DNA of 64,000 nt from Perna viridis. Taxonomy: Eukaryota. The notes under the pieces are model-generated. The model ran no database searches. It was not told the origin of the DNA and saw nothing but the letters and a program-made list of their open reading frames with translations. The number at the start of each line of letters is the position of its first letter. Position 1 is the first letter of the stretch. A program made the position numbers and the translations under genes. Shown here piece after piece: positions 57,411-64,000 of the stretch. The stretch lies in contig CM074511.1 of the NCBI GenBank assembly GCA_037379345.1, positions 56,922,862-56,986,861 of the forward strand. Reading direction: 5' to 3'.

Positions 57411-59479
57411 TATGTCAACTTTTTAAGATTTCAAATTGATTTTTGGCCTTATTTATAGACTTAAACTGTTAAAGAAATTGTTAATTGAAAAGAAATATAT
57501 TGATATATTGACACATTTTATTTTTAAGCGTTTCTTTCGTTGAGTAGAATATAGTGCAATTTGGGACAATACAAAACCCTTAAAATTCCCATACGATTCA
57601 GATTAACCAAAAGAAAGATACAAAACGTCAGAGTAATTCCGTTGTTTGGTATGCCCTAAATTACAGTATGCATTTAGATAAAAGTAAAACAATAATTGAA
57701 GGCTTTGATTTAACTTCATATATGCATTGAATAATTTTTTATCAAAAAACAAAAACATGTCATCAGTTGTATGCAACTTTTCTAAACAATGAACCAAAAT
57801 ATCGTAATAATAATCAGTTACTGACTATGATTCAGAATGCGATAGTGATAAAGTGGTTTTGTATATTTTAAGGTTTCCATTGATAATTCGGTACTCTGGT
57901 TATCTTTCAAACTTATTCCCAATCAAAAACTTGGGTATAAATCAGTAACAAAAATATGCCCCTATGTAAAATTACATTGAAGTGGAGAAGACCAAGTAAT
58001 TTTAAAAAAAAGCATTTTATACCAAAATATTCTTTAGAAAAAAAAAGACGATACCAAGTAACTAAAAATACATGTTTTAGGGAAACGATGTTTTTAATGG
58101 ACACTTTCTGTCAGTTACGTTTACTGACAAGTGAGAAGAAACAAACAGCTCCTGTTACTTGTCGACAAAATTGGAGGCCATTTACCAAAATTTCACATTA
58201 TATGACATAACAGTGTTAACACAATGATTTTAAAGAATGAAATAAAATCTAATGACAGTTACAACTTTCGTGTAATGAATTTTGTAATTGATAAACTTCG
58301 TCAACCTTGTGGCCAATATTTCTTATGTGTCATCTATGCATATAAAATTTACGAATAATCAGCATACGCATATTGATTTACATAGTGCTAAGGTTGATAT
58401 CACTATATGATTTCGGACTCCTCAATATATGATTGGTATTTATATATTTCGATGCTATAATTTACATATTTCCTAAAGAGCTCTTCTGCTGTTTGTGCTT
58501 CTCAAATGAAACATTATCCACGAATATATGACAACATTCCGCTTATTTGAACACGAAGATAACATGAAATGAAAAATACTAATTATACGGAGATATTTCA
58601 AATACTTTATCTTAATTGTTATCATTAAGATTATCCAGGGAGTAATTTATTGCTAAATGATATTATATTTTAATTGAGTGTATGCATCATTACATGAAGT
58701 ACATTAAAACACGATATTTGGTTTTAATGTGATTATCATGTCGTTTCGTGCATCAAAATTTGTTTTTCTTGATCTGTTTGGAGGATATATTTTAGAAAGA
58801 CTTTATTCGAGATACTTATCAAATTAAGTGTTATATCATATACAATATACGAAAAATTCGTAAAATTTCCGACACTTAAAGGATATGTCAGTCGTGAAAG
58901 GAGTCATAAGTACTATCACCTACAAAAACTGAAATCTAAGGATAAACTGTGATAAATGAAGAGCAATAATAAAATTACCGAACTGATAGAATCTAGGCAG
59001 TAGTCAAAAGGAATAGTCTAAAAGGACAGTCCGAACAAAAAAATGGTATTATCATAGCAAAAACCGGAAAGTAAGAAACCTACCTCAATGGTCCTGATAT
59101 TGTATGGCCAATTTAAAATAAAATGTGGGTAAAAGTTTTATAGCGCGTTAAATGGGTATCTAGATGATATGCATCATATAACATTGTTAACACTCTCGAG
59201 TAGAACAAATATACAAGCATCTACACATTCCCAACTGCCGTATTCTCTTTACACTATATCTCCTTTCTCGATCTCTGTTCCTTTAAGAACATATTAATAT
59301 CTGAGATAGAATTCCTATTGGATTTTATAGTTATGTGACTTAGTTGTTGACTAAAATACATGTTTAATGACATTTTTCCATCTTCCACATACCATAGCGT
59401 GATAAGCGTGCCACGCTGAAGGGGGAAAATACAGAGACGACCCATATACACAATAGAGCCAATAGAAAAATACACTTAC

Positions 59480-60600
59480 AAATAAAACTGAAGATAAGAA
59501 AATTAAGATATCATAATCAATTAAGAACTAAAAATTGCAATATGAACCCATCCAATCCCCCCAAATGGGAGGGACACAGAGGATGTGCTCCGGAAGAATA
59601 AGCAGGTATTACGCCAACAGCGGCGCCTGTCACATTGAATTGCAAGTAAATGAAATCCGGTAACTGTTTAGTTTTAATAATGTATCTCCCCCGATACGCT
59701 CTTGTCAAGGCGTAGTATCACAACGGTCCCATAAAAAAAAGAACGGAACAACTCACAACTTGATGATTTCATTTAATCTTACGAAGTTTGCTGATGCAAA
59801 TAAAATGGAAATGTTGATAACTAATAGACAAATTAAGTGTCCGGGATGAAAAGTCACCTTTATACATAGAACAATTCAGCGTAGGAACATTAAACGACTG
59901 ATCTTGATCTTAATAATTACATATTGATACACCATGCGATAATTAACTTACCCAACATTAATGATTTATTTGAAAATGTTCAAAGAACGTGTCATCTAAG
60001 TCTAATTGTAATACCCTTGCATGATAGAAATGTGACCTAAAACTTGCAGTGAAGAAAATATGCTCGCACCGTTGTGAGTCAAAAGACCTAGTTCTTATTG
60101 CTCCTCCTACACGGTACGTCAAAGGAGCATCACCAGTGTTGCTAGTAAGGGTTGTCAATCCAGTAAGGCATGAAATCTTACCGAAAATACCTTGTCTCAT
60201 CTGTGAGTAAAAAAAATTATATCGGTCAATCAAGTTGTGTTGTCGGTCGTAAAAATTCTGTGGACAACAACAGTGGAACATATTCCTGTCTTAAATTTTA
60301 AAAGTTATTTGCTTTCAAAGAAAGTCTGTGTATAGATAAAATACCAGGCTTGACAGTAAATGTTTGACTATGTTGTGTATGCTCCTTGGCTAGTGACATT
60401 GGTATATAGCCACTAAGAAAGGGGAAGTTTATAATTTGAAAGCCAAAACCACCTCGTGTGTCATTTAGATTTGATTTTAAACGTCCTGCATCATTCAAGG
60501 TGTATTAATGATCATATTAATATCAAGTTCATTTGGGTAGAATAGATGTAAGAAAGTCTTTACACCAGGAAAAAGTGCGTTAACGATGGTATGTATAGCA
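59480..60600 (-). mobile_element. Divergent second Penelope-like family, heavily decayed
   Basis: YPNELDI, DTRGGFGFQIINFPFLSGYIP, QNFYDRQHNLIDRYN, and a related 3' motif tgcttattcttccggagcac. Confidence 0.6.
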
Positions 60601-61475
60601 AAATAAAAAAGCAACGCAAAAAAAAAAAAAAAAACGTTTTCATAGGAACTTTTTTGACCGGAATTACCGATGAAATATTTTTTGCAGAGATGATAATATG
60701 ATAACTACAATATCATAATTAGCCACTTAGACTTTTCAAGACGTAAAAACCATATTATTTTGAGTAAAACATATTTAGGTAAAATTGAATAAATAATTTT
60801 GTGATGATAAAGTGCATATAAATAAGTTATTATTATTGGGAATCATGGATGGTCAATGAAAACAGAATACTTCCAATAATCGTCATTGCTATTCATTTTC
60901 CAGATCGGAAGTAAAGCAAAGAAGTAGACAAATTACTAAACAATTCAGAATCAATTGGCGTATGCCAAATCCTAAAAATTATTCAACGTTTGATAGACAG
61001 GATAGCATGCGAATCAAATGCATGTTAAACATTCTAATATGACGTGCTTCAAACCTCTTTAAACGACAGCCATGGTAAAAAGAGATAAACACATGACCAA
61101 CATTTCGTGTAACACATAGGTTGCGTCTTTTCAAAATTTTAAAGAAACTATTTCTGTTAGCATCAAAATCAATTACGGAAACTCCATTTCATCATTATTT
61201 TACGACGGGTTGGCCGTTTATGTTGTTATTTAAGCCCTTTCTATCGCTCGGGGGTAAAATAATGCGACGTAAATGGCCAAATCGTGGTAAAACAATGATA
61301 AAATGGAGTTTCCGTGATTTATATCTTTATTTAAAAAATAAAGCACAAAATTTTAAATGCAAAAACCAAAAAGATGGGAAAAGGCACCTAACAGCTTTGA
61401 AGAGGAAATTAAAATCAAACAATGTATCTGAATGGGCAGTAGTTTTCTTCAGTTTGAATAAGCAGAATCCAATGA

Positions 61476-62178
61476 ATTATTGCTTTCTGACCTATTTCTT
61501 CACTCTTATGAGGCAAACTTTATAACTAATCTAATCCAAAAGAAGACACTTCGTTTAGCCATATCCTTTGATCTCAGTTTCCGCTTTATAGATGACGTAT
61601 TATCGTCGAACAGTCCTAGTTTCGGAGATTTTATACATCGCATCTACCCTACAGAACTTGAGATAAAGGATACTAGACAATGTGAAGTCAGCCTCCTATC
61701 TTGACCTAAACTTTGAGATTAATGGTAAAGGAAAACTATTGACAAAACTGTACTACAAACGCAATGACTTTTTAATCTGCATTTCTTTTCATCTGTAGCA
61801 ACTTCAACATCCCTGCAGAACCTGCGTGTGGAGTTTTCACATCACACCTCATTCTTTATGCCAGAACTTGCTGTAACAACGCAGACTTTTTTCAGCGCGC
61901 TAGACTGCTTACAATTGGGCTTCTGGAAAAGGGTTATATGGTAAGATTGAAGTGGTCACAACAGAAGTTTTATGGTCGTCATCATGAACTCGTGGATCAT
62001 TACGGTGTTCCCATCTGCACCACGAGAACCGTTTTATTCAACGTGTCATAGTTTTTCTTTTTCGTCTGCCCGGAATTGACTTTTATGAGCAACTCAGCGG
62101 GTGTTTTTAGAAAAGCACAGAAAGATTAACCTACCGGTACACCTTGTCCACGCTCCCAGTTTTTAGTGAAGTCCGAGT
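61476..62178 (+). mobile_element. Penelope-like (Naiad-type) 3' fragment
   Basis: DLFLHSYEANF...SFRFIDDVLS...HRIYPTELEIKDT plus thumb and partial 3' UTR. Confidence 0.88.
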
Positions 62179-63749
62179 CGAACGAGATAACAAGATATAT
62201 ATATGTATACGTGGTTACATGGCATTCACATTTTGGCAAGTAATATGTCCTCAAATGTGTAATATGTTCCAAAAAATCAGTTATTTCAGAAAACTTTAAT
62301 CGCGTTAGGTATCATCATCAGAATCTTCCAATAATCACTGCTACTTATTTGTTTAAGCTGAAGCACGACCTACTAAAATTAGCTTTAAAAATGCTTTTGT
62401 ACTGTATACGTTCATTGAAGTTCCCCTTAAAAGATGTAATATAGCAAACTTTTCTCCACTGCATAATTGATGTAAAGAAAAGACTATAAAAGTCTCGATA
62501 GTTTATTAAACATTTCTAGCCAAAGGCTCTAAATTTCAACGTTTAAAAATCTCAATTACAATTAACGATAACCAGTTGCAAACAATTTAGAAATAATACA
62601 AGTAAGTTTATTCCTCTACTGTTGCACCTGGTTCGTGTTTCCAGTTTGTGTCTGAGTTGTTAAACATATATATTCCTTTTGTGGTTCCCATTTGTTTTAG
62701 CCCAATTCCATACAATTCAGTTTGATCCTAGCATAAAGACTGGTCAGGATACATATTCAATTATAACCAATCTTTTATTCCGGTACTTTGCAGTAAACTA
62801 TAACTTAAAATGAAGAATCATTTACTACCTACATAATGACCCGATTACTTAAACAGGTTGAATGCACTATGTGTTCAAGCATCAACTTGCTTTTAAGTAC
62901 AATTAAAGAAAAGCCAACCTTCAACATGAGGTAATTTTCTAATATTTTCCTCAGGAATCTGAGAAAAATTCTCTTTCAATTTATTTCGTTTACCTTGCGG
63001 ATATGACAAGTAAGTCTGTAGGTAAAATCCTTCAAGGAATTATTGTCAATATCAAATAGAGAGCATTTCGTTGTAATTGAAAGAGTAGACTTAACTTATT
63101 GGCCATATGCAAGTTGATAATTCGTAGTCTGTCCCGAAGCTTAGAATTATCAAAGCTTGAGAGAACTGGAATTAAAAAAAAAAAGTTGTTTACCGATTTT
63201 TTCCCCCTTAGTCTAAAGTGTATTTTCAGTTCGACACAAATTTTAAATGCACTAAGTTTTTTGACAACAATGAAATGTCTTAGGTTGAATTCCAATCAAT
63301 TAATAATGATAATAACAATACGAAATTTCATTTGAAAATCATGTACATGTAGGCAGTCAATCTATGTCTTCAAACTTAACAAGACATAAAATGATTATTT
63401 CAATGCTCGAAGGCATTTTTACCGTATATTGTCACTAGCAGGGATAGAAGCAGTGAGGAAAATTGACGAATCAAATGTCTTCTATTGAATTGTTAAATAA
63501 AAACAAATTTGGTTCAACCTGATTAAAAGCGCGTCTTCCTGGGTAAAAATATGCACTAAATTATTTTTGCCTTATAGATCATGAGATACATTGATAAAAA
63601 ATGACGATTGACAAACAAGAATAGTGGCGGGAGTAAATTTTTAAAACGTTTATAGAATCTTTTGTAAAATGCAATATTGACTTAATTGTTATCAAATGAT
63701 TCTTTAACAAATTTGTCATCATTGCTAAAGAATTGTTACAATTACTAAC

Positions 63750-64000
63750 CTTTGACTAGGATGTAAAGATTAAGATTCAGGCACTCCTCTGATATCTGTA
63801 AAACAAAAGGTTCAATATTCCTTAAACGATTACGTAAAAAATCACTGGAGTTTATAATTTGAGGACAAACACTTCTAAAACGTCTGTATGAAAATACTCT
63901 CACTGACAACCATTTCTCCAGAGAACCAGTTGGAGGCATGTATCTCATCTTGTAACTTTTGGTTGAAGCATACTGAAATCCATTAAATATCTCCACAGGC
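63750..64000 (-). CDS. Neuroligin-like variable first coding exon V7 (5' part beyond window edge)
   Basis: Frame is open to the window edge: PVEIFNGFQYAS..MRYMPP..KW..FRSVCPQ...RLRNIEPFVLQISEECLNLNLYILVK. Ends AAA G|GTTAGT, phase 1. Confidence 0.85.

Larger units (their letters stand above)
8351..64000 (-). other. Clustered array of at least 7 alternative neuroligin-like N-terminal exons (putative variable region of one gene)
   Basis: All copies share strand, homologous segment and donor position/phase. No downstream neuroligin exons were seen between them. The shared constant region is inferred, not seen. Confidence 0.75.

Noticed and set aside
8328-63996. Treating the seven ORFs as complete small secreted proteins or seven complete genes
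   Set aside because: Homology ends at a conserved phase-1 donor, and the residues after it vary in length and are unrelated (intron read-through). No remaining domain exons were seen in the spacers, though very short exons could escape inspection by eye.

Overview
AT-rich, intron-like animal genomic DNA. The repeat types resemble those I associate with bivalve molluscs, but the taxon is not provable from this window. The main feature is a minus-strand tandem array of seven homologous but highly diverged exons, labelled V1-V7 from left to right, with V7 cut by the window edge. Each encodes the N-terminal part of a neuroligin-type cholinesterase-like domain, and V1-V6 start with a signal-peptide-like segment. 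All seven are open reading frames. All keep the two cysteines of the first disulfide loop (C-x35-C in six of seven, the neuroligin spacing), and all end exactly 10 codons after the second Cys in a phase-1 G|GT donor. I found no exons for the rest of the protein between the copies. The simplest reading is a 'clustered neuroligin': many interchangeable variable first coding exons spliced to one shared constant region left of position 1, like clustered protocadherins, UGT1A or chelicerate sDscam. The spacers hold many decayed Penelope-like (Naiad-type) retroelements, an L2 3' end, SINE-like retroposons, local tandem and inverted repeats, a three-copy conserved non-coding element and a 172-N assembly gap.
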